Assembly: GCF_048593235.1 (NCBI RefSeq)
Contig: NC_133621.1
Span: forward strand, 2,024,525-2,088,524
Source of the DNA: Sminthopsis crassicaudata
Taxonomy: Eukaryota
DNA length: 64,000 bases
Reading direction: 5' to 3'
Shown: positions 1 through 12,754 of the stretch, in pieces
Position numbering within the stretch: position 1 is the first letter of the stretch
Layout: every line of letters begins with the position of its first letter
Notes under the pieces: model-generated
Seen by the model: only the letters and a program-made list of their open reading frames with translations
Database searches by the model: none
What the model was told of the DNA's origin: nothing
Program-made: the position numbers and the translations under genes

Positions 1-352
1 TTATGTAATTTATATATGAAGTATATTATATGCATATATGGTAACAATATGCAAATTTCTTCATTTGATCTTTCCAACAAGCCCATAAGGTGTGTGTTAT
101 TGTTCTTGCTGTTTTACATATGGATAAAACTCAGTCTGAAAGAGATTCAATACCTGTACAGGGCCAATCACTTGAATGGATTTATACATTGCAAAATGCC
201 CAGAGTACAAATGAAGGCAAAAACTCTGCTTTTCTCATTTATTCACCCTGAGTTTCTGGGCAAGATTTTGAAAACTCTTTTCCAAAAGTGTTTTCTCTTC
301 TGTGTAAAACTGGGATAATACTATTTCTCTTGGCTTGATGTAAAGCTCATAG

Positions 353-385
353 GAGAAACTACAAGCCCTAATGTTGTATCCTAAC
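353..385 (+). other. Candidate 33-nt micro-exon (EKLQALMLYPN)
   Basis: ctcatAG acceptor, AAC|GTGAGT donor, open in phase 0; weak polypyrimidine tract, no homology recognised. Confidence 0.15.
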
Positions 386-521
386 GTGAGTTCTCATGTT
401 TCTTTTATATAGCATCTCATTAGTGACACATCAGTGGCCATTGCCCCTTCCATTGACCTTTGACTGACCTGCAATTTTAAATTTCCTGAGATGATCATAT
501 CCAATGTTTCACAATTTTTAG

Positions 522-563
522 AAAAAGAAAGCAACAATTCCCAATGGCTCAGCAGTAACAACT
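522..563 (+). other. Candidate 42-nt micro-exon (KKKATIPNGSAVTT)
   Basis: gtttcacaatttttAG acceptor, ACT|GTGAGT donor, length divisible by 3; no homology recognised. Confidence 0.2.
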
Positions 564-1899
564 GTGAGTTTTAGTTTTATTCATTTTTAATATTGTAAAA
601 GATATTCCCATCCCTTTGCCCAAGCTGTCACTTTCCAGGTAACTTGAACTTATGTCACAGAAAGATTGATATGCGCTCCCATGTTTTCATTTAATTCCCA
701 TCGTTTCACTTAATTTTCACTCTACAGCTATGAATTTTTCGTATTCTACAATCCCTTTTATCACTAAATATAAAATGTAATGGATAGGATTTTATCAACC
801 ATCTAAAATATCTTTTGATTTCTGACTGACAGTAACAGTAATTTTGTTTACATGTACTTGTACATTATACTCAGTAATCCAGCATAACCAGTGTTCTCGT
901 CAATGAAACAGTTTGGATCAATAGAAATTGACTCCATATACCTATATGGGTAAGTAATTTTCAAATACCTGGTGTACAATAAAATACATTTACCATTAAA
1001 ACTATATTGAACACCTTTTTTGGATAATTCTGAAGGTTCTCTAGATTTCAGAAGGCTGGGCATTGCTGATGGACATTATTTTCCCCCCCTACATTAGGAT
1101 GTTAGGATAGTGCTAATTCACACAGACTCTGTTAGAATCTGATTAATAGGAAATTGTACAAACAAAAATGTATTTCTGTAAATGGCACTTTTGTAATATA
1201 ATTTCTTGATCATTTGGATATTGTCAATAGCAAATACAGAGACAAGATCATTTCGATGTTTGGAAGTTTGTTTGGTAGGAATTTAGGATGTGTCTTTTAG
1301 GACATATCTATTTCACAAAAACTCCTATATAGTCATTTTACTTTAGTCTTGCCAAGAGCGCTCATTTAGAGCCTTGTAAAACTTTTTTTCTAGATTTTTC
1401 TTTCTTTTTTCTTCTCCCCTCAAGATCAAAAATATTCTGAAAGAAGTCCTTTATTCTTTTTCATAGATTTTAGCTTTGACATAAAAGATACATACAAATA
1501 TCCTACACCCACTCATGCCTCACATATATCATTTCAACATAGTTAATTCAAATTGTTTAGAGGAGGAGTAGCAATTGATCACATTTGGCATTCCTCATTT
1601 TTTTTCTCATGTACCTTTTATTAACAAAAGAGGATGGATAAAGTTACTTTAATAAGAGGACAGTGGTATTGTCTATTTTAAGGAAATGAAAAGGAACTGA
1701 TCATGTGGCAGGGTAAAATCACTGATGGGGTGAGATGCATCTGCTCAATATATTAAGAGATGAAGAAGGCCACCTACACATTCTAAAAGTTAAAAATAAG
1801 TGTTTTCAGTCTCAAACATGTACATTTATATACCCAAATTTCAATAATGAAACATCCAGAGCAGCACAGAAAGTAAAATTACTCTTTACTATTTCATGG

Positions 1900-3510
1900 C
1901 ATTAGAGTGTCTCAAAGTGGGTATCATATCAAGATCTGAAACATAACATGTCCAAAGTTAAACTCATTCTCTTTCCCCCCCAAAACCTTCTTTTTTTTTG
2001 ATGTGTTGAAGAAAGACTCTCCTTCCAATCAGGTGTCTTCTTCAGTTCTCAATAATTTGTGATACCCCCTTCTATCAAATTAGCTCTGATTTCTATCTTC
2101 CTTGCATTACTTATTCTCTAAAACTGCTGCCACTTGGTGCAGATGCTTATTAGTTAACACCAAGACTATTGAAGTAACTTGCTGGAAGGTCTCCCTGTAT
2201 CAATTGTCTACTTACTCCAGTCCATCCTCCTCCCTCAACTGTCACATTAATCTTTCTAAAGTATAAGTCAGTCAGCCAATAAAAAATTAAGTACCTACTA
2301 TGTGTCAATGACTATGCTAACTGCTGGGGATACAAAAAAAAAATGTTGAGAGATAGTGCCTGTCTAAACTCATTATTTAACAAAAAAGAAATGGCCAAAT
2401 AACTATCTTTAAACAAGCTACTTCCAGGCTGGATTGGAAATAATCAACAGAAAGGACATACATATAATAATCAACAGAAGAATTAAGGAGGATTGAGAGA
2501 GGTTCCCTTTCAAAGGTGGAATTTTAGCTAGGACTCGTAGGAGGTAAAGTAAACTATTAGGGGATTAGAAGGGAGAACATTCCAGTCATGGGGACCATAC
2601 ATGAAAATACCCAGATTAGGAAGTGCAGTATTTTGTAAAAGAAATAACAAAGAGTCTACTGTCATTGGATTTAAAAGTATGTAGATAGGATTTAGCTGCA
2701 ATGAGATAATGGGCCATCTCATCCTTGAATTTTGGGAACATTAATCTGGCATTTGAATAAAGAATGCATTGGAGGGTGAAGAATTGTGCTGGTGTGTGAC
2801 CAGGATAATGGTGGTACCCTTACCAATCATGGGAAAATTAGAAAGAATGAAGCATTCAGGGGAAAAGAGAATGAGCTCAGTTTTGATTGTCCATGTTGAG
2901 TTTCAGATATCAAAGCACTCAGTTCAAGATTTCCAATAGGTATTTCAAGGTGAAAGACTGGAGCTAAACAGAGAGGTTATTTCACCTCCCCATTTGACCA
3001 ATTCCAGTGAATTCCTATTGCCTCCAAGGTCAAATGTAGATTTCTCTGTTTGGACTTTTAAAGTCCCCATAACTTACCCTCCTCTCACATTTCAGGGTTA
3101 TACCTTCCTCCCAGTCCCACACATTAGGTGACACTGTGACACTGTCCTTCTGGGAGTTTTTCTAACACAATTCATCTTCCCACCTCTGCATTTTCACTGC
3201 CTGTTCTCCATTCCTGGAGCTCTCTGCCTCTTCAGCTTTCCCACCTAACTTCTCTGGCTCTCCATGAAACTCAGCTAATGCCTCACCTTTTAAAAAATAC
3301 TTTTCCAAACCTTCTTAATCTTTGTGTGATTCTCCATTTATTCTGTATGTGTTTTGTTTTGACATCACTATGCGCATAGTGGCTCTCCCTTATCCTATGA
3401 GACTCTTCAGAATATGGACTCTATTTTTGCATTTCTTTAATTTCTTATTATTTAGCTTGGTGTCTAGAAAATAGTAGGTACTTAATAAAATCATATTGAC
3501 TGAGTGACTC
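1900..3510 (+). mobile_element. L2 (LINE2) 3' region, interrupted by an antiparallel L2
   Basis: L2-like pyrimidine-rich text (aaactcattctctttccc...aatctttctaaag; cctattgcctccaaggtcaaatg...) ending in tagtaggtacttaataaa...gactgagtgact. Confidence 0.65.
2265..2975 (-). mobile_element. L2 3' fragment nested in opposite orientation
   Basis: Starts with the reverse-complement L2 tail gtcagtcagccaataaaaaattaagtacctactatgtgtc...ggggatacaaa, followed by purine-rich L2 body. Confidence 0.65.
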
Positions 3511-4887
3511 ATAGCAGAGTTTACATGACACTTATTGCCCCACTTAATTGGCAAGTTTGATAACCGAATCAAACTTTTCCGTGGCCATAGAAAAATGCAG
3601 CATGGTTGGACAAGCACAGTTGGTTCTGCTCATTGATGACAGTGAGAAGGTTCCAATCAGTGAGATCACAGATCCTTTAGAGTGAGGAAACATGGTGAAA
3701 GAACTGCTAAGAGGCACACCACCCAGATAAAAAAGAGTCATTACAGGCATTAGTAGAAGAAGAATTACTGGGGACACTGCCCAGTAATGTAATGAGAAAT
3801 TCTAGAATTCAGCTCAAATACATTGGCCATGAACCTGAGATTTTGTTACTGTTAAGGTATTGTGTTTGCCTCTCATTCTTTCTTTGGTCTTTCTCAGTTC
3901 ATATATCTCTCCTAATTTCTCTAAATTTTTCATATTTATCATTGTTCTTGGCCTTAATATTCAATTAGGAATGAAAATATATTATTAAACTTGTGGTTTT
4001 TTGCAGAATTTTATAGCAATAATATTTTATTTCTGTAGATATTCAAATTGATTTAAGGTTAAAATATATTTGTTGACATAGATCTGTTGGGAAATGACTA
4101 TATGAGTTTATGTGAAATAGATATGAATATAGTCAAAATAAATTCATACTAAGATATATGTATCTCACTAAATAAAATAGAGAAAAAGATGTATTTACCT
4201 GCATCTTTTACCTTTATATGCCCACGTCTCAAGAAGCACCTAGAGCATTAATGGAAAATAAAGTCAAGATGGGAGAATCAAAACTCTGTTCATGCATCCC
4301 AACAACCATCGATATTCCATCGTAATAAAATTTACATCAATATCCATAGCCGAGTTTACATAACATTTATTGAATCCATTTAGTTGCAATGTCACATAAA
4401 AGTTGGTTATGTTGAATAAATGTTTTAAAGTAGCCCATGTGCGTCATCTATTGGAAGCTGGCGAATGTAAAACTGGAAAAAAGACAGAGTCTATGCTGAA
4501 TTGTGAAATTTTCCTCAATAAATCGAGCCATTCTGAGACTACATGAAAAGAATATTGAAACACTGGAGCAATTTTATCACGATTGAAATGCATTTTGAGT
4601 GTTAATCATTTTTCTGGGTGCTATTAGCTCAGCAGTTTCTATTTCCATTATGCACAGCAAGCTAAGGTGCTGTAGCATACAGCACTGTCTGGGCTTCAGC
4701 CATCCTGCTATTAAGAACCACATTGCTTGTTTTATGCCTTTTATTGTGGACGTGAAAATGAATAGTGTCCAAAAGTGGTCTGTGGAGGTGTGAGTCTGTG
4801 CACTCAAGATAACTGCTCTCCTTTAAGTATGTGTTCTTGAACATGGTTTTCATGGTCAAGCTCCTGAGGACTCATTTTGTTGAAATT

Positions 4888-5063
4888 NNNNNNNNNNNNN
4901 NNNNNNNNNNNNNNNNNNNNNNNNNNNNNNNNNNNNNNNNNNNNNNNNNNNNNNNNNNNNNNNNNNNNNNNNNNNNNNNNNNNNNNNNNNNNNNNNNNNN
5001 NNNNNNNNNNNNNNNNNNNNNNNNNNNNNNNNNNNNNNNNNNNNNNNNNNNNNNNNNNNNNNN
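4888..5063. other. Assembly gap
   Basis: Run of N. Confidence 1.
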
Positions 5064-6436
5064 TTTTCACAAAAAAAAGATTTGAAATTGCATCTCTTTT
5101 TCTCTGGGCATGACTTTAAATAGAGAATTTTAGTGTTACTAATCATATAACAAATGCTTGTGTAATTTGCGTTAAGCTTGTATAAAGAAAACTGTTGTTA
5201 GTGATTATTCTGAGGAATCAGCAGCTACTATATGTATAAGATAGCAAAGAAAAGAAAGGGAAAGGACTGTGTGGGTGGGGATGGACCATCACTGACTTTG
5301 TATCATAGCAGAATCATTTTCTGTCTTTGTTTCATTCTGAAGGAGTCCCCCTACCCATCTAGATAGCAATTTATTATCTATTTATGAGGTTAACCTGTGA
5401 TTAGAACTAGGAATTCTGTCAGCTTCTCAGACAAGAGACAGGGTAAAGAAAGAAACAAAAATAACCATTTGAAAACATTGTACCCATAAAAAAAAAACAA
5501 TGGAAACTTAGTGTCAGGAAATTTTATCCTTAGATGGGATCTTGTACTGAGAGAATCTTAGATGGACAGAGATTGAAGAGAACTCCAAGGTGACCATATC
5601 CAGTTTTCCCACTTCATAGTTTAGAAAAATAAAGCCCAGAAAGGAAAAATAAAGGAAGAAGCTTCACAAAATTTGGTTTCAGATTTCCATCATACTGAAT
5701 ACATGGAAACTCCTGTTGTAATTGTGCACTTCTTCCTGTCTTAGTTTGTTGGTGGTCAGCTAGCAATTTTCTTGGGAGAGGGCACTGGCCTGCTATTGTT
5801 GTTTCATGTTGAATATTCTGTAGCCTCCAGCAACGATGACTAAAATGATTGTGGACATGATGGCCTAAGGGATTAGGAGACAAAGGTGGTCACAATAGGT
5901 TCCTTAAAGGCACCAATGGGATAATTTCAAGAGTAGAGTGGGCAGAAACCTGATAGGCACATGTGTCTCTGGGATCTGGGTTTCTCCCCCTAGGAGTCTA
6001 GAATTTGAAAGCTTTTCTTTCCACATAACAGTGAGATTTTGAATAGTTCATGTGATTACATTTATTTTTTTAAATTCTCATTTTTTTGTAGTCAATGCTA
6101 TTTCTGCATAATTTTGGACAACACTTTTGTCCATAACAATTTTACCAATTCCAGTATGGCTTATTTATTGTATCCCCCTGGTTGTTTTCCATCCCTATGA
6201 GGAGGATGGAAATTTGTCATCTCTTAGTTTATGAAAAATAGCTAACTTCTAACATATAAATGGACTGTTTAATTGTTTGTGTCTTGCTAGGTTTTTAATT
6301 AGCATATTTGCATCTTGGAGTGCTGTATGGTGCAGATTCCCCAGTTTCTTTACAAAATTTGAATTGTTCAAGAATACAAAAAAGGGGCTAGAATATTGCT
6401 TAATTCAATATGGAATGTTTCTTTTAAGGGGTGCTT

Positions 6437-6579
6437 ACATGTTTAACCTATATTGAATTACTTGCTGTCTTGGGGAGGGGGAAGGTAGGGATAAAGGAAG
6501 AAAAAATATGGAATGCAAAGTTTTACAAGGGAAATATTGAAAACTATTTTTGCATGTATTTTGAAACATAAAAAAAAAA
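6437..6579 (+). mobile_element. L1 3'UTR end with A tail
   Basis: acatgtttaacctatattgaattacttgctgtcttggggaggggg...gaaaactatttttgcatgtattttgaaacataaaaaaaaaa matches the marsupial L1 terminus seen elsewhere in the window. Confidence 0.75.
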
Positions 6580-6758
6580 CTCATTAAAAGGGGAGTGCTT
6601 AGCACAGCACCTGATACATGGTAGACATTTAATAAATATTGATTGATTCTTTTCTTCTTCTCTATTTTATTTTTCCTCTTTTTCTCTTCTATCAGATAAA
6701 ATGGTTCTTGGATCAATCAACAAAGAACTGTGTTTTTTTTTTTTTTCTACTTAATAAA

Positions 6759-6885
6759 GGCAGCAGGGTGGTTCAATGAATAGAGGACTAGACCTGGAGT
6801 CAACAAAATGCAAGGTCAAATTCAGGCTCAGATATTTACTGGCCATGAAACTCTGAACCAATCACTTACCCTTGTTTGCCTCAAA
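6759..6885 (+). mobile_element. MIR/CORE-SINE
   Basis: ggcagcagggtggttcaatgaatagaggactagacctggagtcaa...aatcacttaccc: tRNA-derived head plus core. Confidence 0.65.
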
Positions 6886-7400
6886 AAAGGAAATGTCAAA
6901 GTATCCTAGTAGCTTTGCCAAGAAAATCCAAATGATATCATGAAAAGTTAAACATGACTGAAAGAACTGAGTAGCATTTAACACACAGAGAACTATTAAA
7001 CTGATGGGGGAAATGGTTTATTTTGTAATTGAACAAACATCTCTGCAGACTTGATGAAAGCAAACAGTAATGAAGATGAGAGCTATCCAATCTTAGTTCC
7101 TGCATCGGTTAATGTCTTCTACTATATCTCTATAAGCTGAAAACATTTCATTGTATAGAGCTTTGAGAATATGAATACTGTACATTAAAGAATTTATTGT
7201 TTTTTTTTCTTTTTCCATTCTTATTTTTATTTGTTAAATTTGACATCAATTTTAATTAATCCCTTCTTTGCCATTTTAGCAGAAGTCTTCTTCCATTAAA
7301 TCATTTCTCAAAAATACCAAGACATAGATTAGGTTAAAGTTTTCATTATGTAAGTAAGAGAATGAAAGTATTTTTTTAAACCAGGACCTAGCATTTTCCA

Positions 7401-9170
7401 CTTTATTTTTTTTAATTAATTGAAGCTTTTTATTTGCAAAACATATACATGGGTAATTTTTCAACATTGACCTTTGCAAAACCTTGTGTTCCAAATTTTC
7501 CCCTCCTTCTCCTCCATTCCCTCCCCAGATGACAGGCAATCCAATACATTTAAATATATTAAATCATATGTTAAATCCAACATATGTATACATATTTATA
7601 CAGTTATCTTGCTGCACAAGAAAAATCAGATCAAAAAGGAAAAAAAAAACTGAAAAAGAAAACAAAATACAAGCCAACAACAACAGAAAGAGTGAAAATG
7701 ATATGTTGTAGTCCACACAGTTCCCAAAGTTTTCTCTCTGGTTGTAGATTACTGTCTTTATCATAAGATTATTGGAAGGGATCTGAATCATATCACTGTT
7801 GATGAGAGCCATGTTCATCAGAATTGATCAGTGTATAATCTTGCTGTTGCCATGTATAATGATCTCCTGGTTTGCTTATTTCACTTAGGATCAGTTCATA
7901 TAAGTTTTCCCAAACCTTGCTAGAATCATCATGCTAGAAAAATAATATTTCATAATATTCATATACCATAACTTATTCAGCCATTCTTCATCTGATGGGC
8001 ATCTACTCAATTTCCAGTTTCTTGCCACTATAAAAAGAGCTGCTACAAACATTTTTTTACACATATGGGCCTCTTTCCCTACTTTAGCATTTCTCGGGGA
8101 AATAAGCTCAATAAAAACACTGCTGGATCAAAGCATATGAACAGTTTGATAACTTTCTGAGCATACTTCCAAATTGCTCTCCAGAATGGCTGCATGTATT
8201 CACAATTCTACCAACAATGTATCAGTGTCCCAGTTTTCCCACATATCTTACAACATTCATCATTACCTTTTCCTCTCATCTTAGTTAATCTGAGAGTTTT
8301 GTAGTGATATCTGTAACTTATCTTAGTTTGCATTTCTCTGATCAATAGTGATTTAGAGCACCTTTTCATATGATTAGAAACAGTTTTCATTTCTTTATCT
8401 GAAAATTGTGATCATAACCTTTGATTAATTATCAATTGGAAAATGGCTTGAATTCCTAGAAATTTGAGTGAATTTTATATATTTTAGGAATGAGGCCTTT
8501 ATGTAGCTGTTAGAACTCAACTTAAAAAAAAAAAAGAAAAAAGAAAAAAAAACTTTTCTTTAATTAAAAAAAGAAATGAGGCCTTTATCAGAACCCTTAA
8601 ATATTAAAAAAATTTCCAATTTATTGTTTTCCTTTTAATCTTGTCTGCATTAGCTTTGCTCGAAAACCTTTTAAACTTAATATAATAAAAAGTATCTATT
8701 TGATGTTCAAAAATAAGTTCCAGTTCTTCTTTGATCACAAATTCCTTCCTTCTCCATAGATCTGAGAGTTAAATTATCCGATGTTTTTCTAATTTGCTTA
8801 TTATATCACTCTTTATGTCTAAATCATAGACCCATTTCAATCTTATCTTGGTATATGATGTTAGGTATGGGTCAATGTCTAGTTTCTTCCCTACTAGTTT
8901 CTAATTTTCCAAGTAGTTTTGGTCAAATAATGAGTTCTTATATCAAAATCTGGGGTTTTGGGATTTGTCAAACACTAGGTTGCTATATTATTGACTATTT
9001 TAGCCTAAGAACCTAACCTATTCCACTGAGTGATTACTCTATTTCTTAGTCAGTACCAAATAGTTTGGATGACCACTGCTTTATAATATAGTTTTAGGTC
9101 TGGCACAGCTAGGCACCTTCATTGGCATTTTTAAAATGAATTCTCTTGAAATTCTTGACCTTCTGCTTAA
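7401..9170 (-). mobile_element. 5'-truncated L1 (3' ORF2 plus 3'UTR), about 1.75 kb
   Basis: Poly(T) start, then aagctttttatttgcaaaacatatacatgggtaatttttcaacattgacc; ORF 8208-8390 gives HMKRCSKSLLIREMQ...CGKTGTLIHCW, the L1 ORF2 Cys-rich C-terminus. Confidence 0.92.
8503..8574 (+). mobile_element. About 70-bp A-tailed insertion with 14-17 bp TSD inside the L1
   Basis: aatgaggcctttat at 8489-8502 and 8575-8588 flanks gtagctgttagaactcaactt(A-rich)cttttctttaattaaaaaa. Confidence 0.65.
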
Positions 9171-9439
9171 GAAGTTAAATTTCAAAGACCAAAGTCCCAT
9201 CTAGAATATTGGGAATTAATGGCACTGCTACAGTTCTAGTGCAATATATTAATGAAGTGTAAAAGGATATTTTGCAACTTTTATTTATAGTTTGAGTTTT
9301 ATCAGTTCATAAATGATAACAATTTTCTAGTTCATAATTACGGTCACCAGATTGTTTTGTCTTGAGAAGTCTCTAGAAGGCACCAATTCGCTGCATCCTT
9401 CAGTAAGGTGTTATAAAACAGAGAGATGAAAGATGCAGC

Positions 9440-9639
9440 CAAGGGGCACCTATGGCCCAGAACATTCTCAAGCGCAGCTGAACCATATTAAAATGGAGTT
9501 GAGAGAAAATTTACAAAGTAATTAAAATATAGTAAAACATAGATAAGTTTAATATGTGGTTTTCTAATTTAACAAGCATTCATAGGGATCTTTATGTATG
9601 TTTTAGTGGCCTCATTTCCATTTGATTTTGACACCAGCA
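9440..9639 (-). mobile_element. Probable non-autonomous hAT/Charlie-like DNA transposon (MITE)
   Basis: Ends ...tttgattttgacaccagc and aaggggcacc... resemble a decayed ca(g)gggtgtcaaa-type TIR; body resembles a recalled common marsupial MITE; no TSD confirmed. Confidence 0.45.
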
Positions 9640-11682
9640 TTTTAGAGTTGATACAACTTCATTTCATAATCTGCATAAACAATCTCAAACATGACCTTTC
9701 TATTATTTCTAGTGGTTAAGATTCTGAATATCTATCATAAACTTCTATTCATATGACTTAGCTATATTTTCACTCAGCGTATGTTTGATTAAATTCTTAT
9801 GGATATTACTCAAAGAGAATTTTAGTCTTCCTCTCATATTATAGCCAATGTATAAGTGAAGAAAAACCAATTCCAATGATAGCCAACAATTCTTTCTTCT
9901 CGTTCCTCCATTCTCCTTGTACCTTTTTCTTTCTAAAAAGAAAAAAAAAGTATTCAGTATTTCATTGAATTTTATTATCCAATAGAGACCTATCTCAGGC
10001 AGCCTTGCTTCTGCCATGAAGTAATGTTTTTTTGGTAAGTACCATGAAGGATTTTTTTAAAGGTACATGTAGAAGAGTGATTTCCAAATGATGGAGAAAA
10101 TCTATGGTAATTTCTGTTTTTGTTTATAATATCCTGTTAATTGTAATACAGGTTAGAATCTATGCAGATACCTAAATGAGGCACAGTCACTTAATTGAGA
10201 TTCAAGTAATTCACACAGGAATAAAGAATGTGCATTGCCCAATTTATGACTTTTAGTCAAATAGTTTACTATGTCCTATGGCAAAAATATACCTTGGGCA
10301 GGCGTGGTATCTAAGCAAGGAACTGATGACATAATTAAAAATTAAATGGAGTTATACTTGGTTCACATTTAGGAAACTGTGTAGCCCTTTCAATGACCAC
10401 CAACCAGACCTGGCCTTAGGTATCTATCTTTTTAGGCATAATAATCTCCCAGCGATGCTATGTTTTCAAACCATAGGACACAATTCTCTCAGAAAAGCCA
10501 TAAAAAGGGTCACAAAGTCCAATGGAAATTCAAGTGATGGATATCAGAAATATTGATAAACAAAATGTACTAACAGATATCCACAACTTTGTTATACTTC
10601 TCAAGAATAGTTGACAGCTGATGGAAATTCTGACTATTTTTCTGATACCCAAGAGATTATAACAGAACCAGAAGAGAGTGTCAAGCATTGTGAGTAGATA
10701 ACACACCTGTGAGAATCGTCCAAGGGTTGCAATGAGGGGCAAAGTTTCTATTCTCCAATTCTTGCTTACTGTCCACTAACATGTCATGACCACCACCCTC
10801 CTTATTACTTTGTCATTGGTGTCATCCTCTAGATGACTTCTTTTTTATATACATTTTCTTTATGTTATATCTGATTATATACCTGATCTCAATATATCTG
10901 ATTTTATTTACTTTCTCACTAACTTGGACTTGCATGTCATTCCATATACTTCACTTGAAAGTCTTTATATAGAAATGCTTTCCCAAATACCTTAGGAATC
11001 ACAGAAATGTCTTAAAAATGCACCTTCTTTCATGCCTTTTATTTGTTTATTGCTAAATGTTTCTTATTTCAATCTGGGAAATTAAACCCTTTTCCATCCA
11101 CCTTGGTTAAGTATCACCCAGAGAGATAGATTTGTCAACAAGGAAGGGTTAAATTCAGCAATGGGGCAAAACACAACCCATAGATCAATATTTAACTTCC
11201 ATTTCTGAGAACACTGGCCTCTTAATCTTCATGAACATGACAACAAACCTCATTTATATCAAAATTAAAGGTCACCCAAGTGCTTTAAGAACATAGACTG
11301 ACAACTTTCATCAATGCCAACATTCTTAATCCTTAAGTTCCTTTAAGAGCAGGCAAATTTCCAGTTAGAGTTTTACCACCATGGGGCTCACTAAAAGCTA
11401 CATATTCAGGAAATGGGATGTTTTTGTCCTTTTTCTCAGTAGTGAACCTGATGGAAATGAAAACATCCCATCTAACTTAAAAGTGGACTTAGAGAATACT
11501 CACTTCCCTATTAAAGGAAGAAGGAATCAAAATTAATGCAGGAAAATTCCTGGTACTAGAACAAAATTATGGAGACTGGGAAAGGAGATAACTTCATTCT
11601 ATTGAAAATAGTATCAGTTTTCTATACAGTTCTTTTATGGCTGAAAACTGGCCATTTCACAGATCTGGAAGGGAGAGAAGCC

Positions 11683-12445
11683 TTTTGTTCCAATTTTCCC
11701 CTCCTTCCCCCCACCCCGCTCCCTCAGATGGCAGGTTGACCAATACATGTTACATATGCTAAAATAGAAATTAAATACAATATATGTATACATGTCCAAA
11801 CAGTTATTTTGCTGTACAAAAAGAATCGGACTTTGAAACAGTGTACAATTAGGCTCTGAAGGAAATCAAAAATGCAGGCAGACAAAAATAGAGGGATTGG
11901 GGATTCTATGTAGTGGTTCATAGTCATCTTCCATAGTTTTTTTTTCACTGGGTGTAGCTGGTTCAGTTCATTACTGCTCTATTGGAACTGATTTGTTTCA
12001 TCTCATTGTTGAAGAGGGCCACATCCATCAAAATTGATCATCATATAATATTGTTTTTGAAGTATATAATGAATGATCTCCTGATCCTGCTCATTTCACT
12101 CAGCATCAGTTCTTGTAAGTCTCTCCAGACCTTTCTGAAGTCACCCTGTTGGTCGTTTCTTACAGAACAATAATATTCCATAACCTTCATATACCACAAT
12201 TTACTAAGCCAATCTCCAATTGATGGGCATCCACTCAGTTTCCAGTTTCTGACCACTACAAAGAGGGCAACATTCTTGCACATACAGATCCCTTTCCCTT
12301 CTTTAAGATCTCTTTGAGATATAAGCCCAGTAGTAACACTGCTGGATCAAAGGGGATGCGCAGTTTGATAACTTTTTGAGCATAGTTCCAAATCATCTCC
12401 AGAATGGCTGGGTGTATTCACAATTCCACCAACAATGTATCAGGG
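11683..12445 (-). mobile_element. L1 3' fragment lacking the poly(A) end
   Basis: ORF 12041-12283 (LFVVVRNWKLSGCPSIGDWLSKLWYMKVMEYY) is L1 ORF2 C-terminus; fragment begins abruptly at ccttttgttccaatttt. Confidence 0.9.
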
Positions 12446-12706
12446 CAGGACTTTCCTTCTGACACCATTACTTTGTCCTTGGATTTAAAGATTTATTTGT
12501 TTTCCATTTCCTACTTTATTTCCACTTGTTATTTCTCTGTGTGAAATATCCTTCTCAGTTTTAAGCATCCAATGCGCACGCTTCAAGACTGAAACATTTT
12601 TAGGAAAAGCACTATCACAGCCATACAGATGGCCTTCCTAACCCACTCCCTACACTCAACCCACTAACCCTCCTCTTCCACCTCTTGGGTGAAAAAGGCC
12701 AATATG

Positions 12707-12709
<3 letters not shown>

Positions 12710-12753
<44 letters not shown>
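12710..12753. repeat. (TG)22 microsatellite
   Basis: Seen directly. Confidence 0.98.

Positions 12754-12754
<1 letters not shown>

Noticed and set aside
848-1063. 71-aa minus ORF (…YPYRYMESISIDPNCFIDENTGYAGLL…) as a possible viral or host gene fragment
   Set aside because: No motif recognised, no convincing splice context, and length within chance expectation; only a blastx/HMM search could rescue it.
5614-5883. 89-aa minus ORF
   Set aside because: No recognisable homology or splice signals; not at a true start.
9390-9439. Inverted repeat gctgcatc...gatgcagc as a miRNA or TIR
   Set aside because: Only an 8-bp stem with an unpaired 34-nt loop; expected by chance at this scale.
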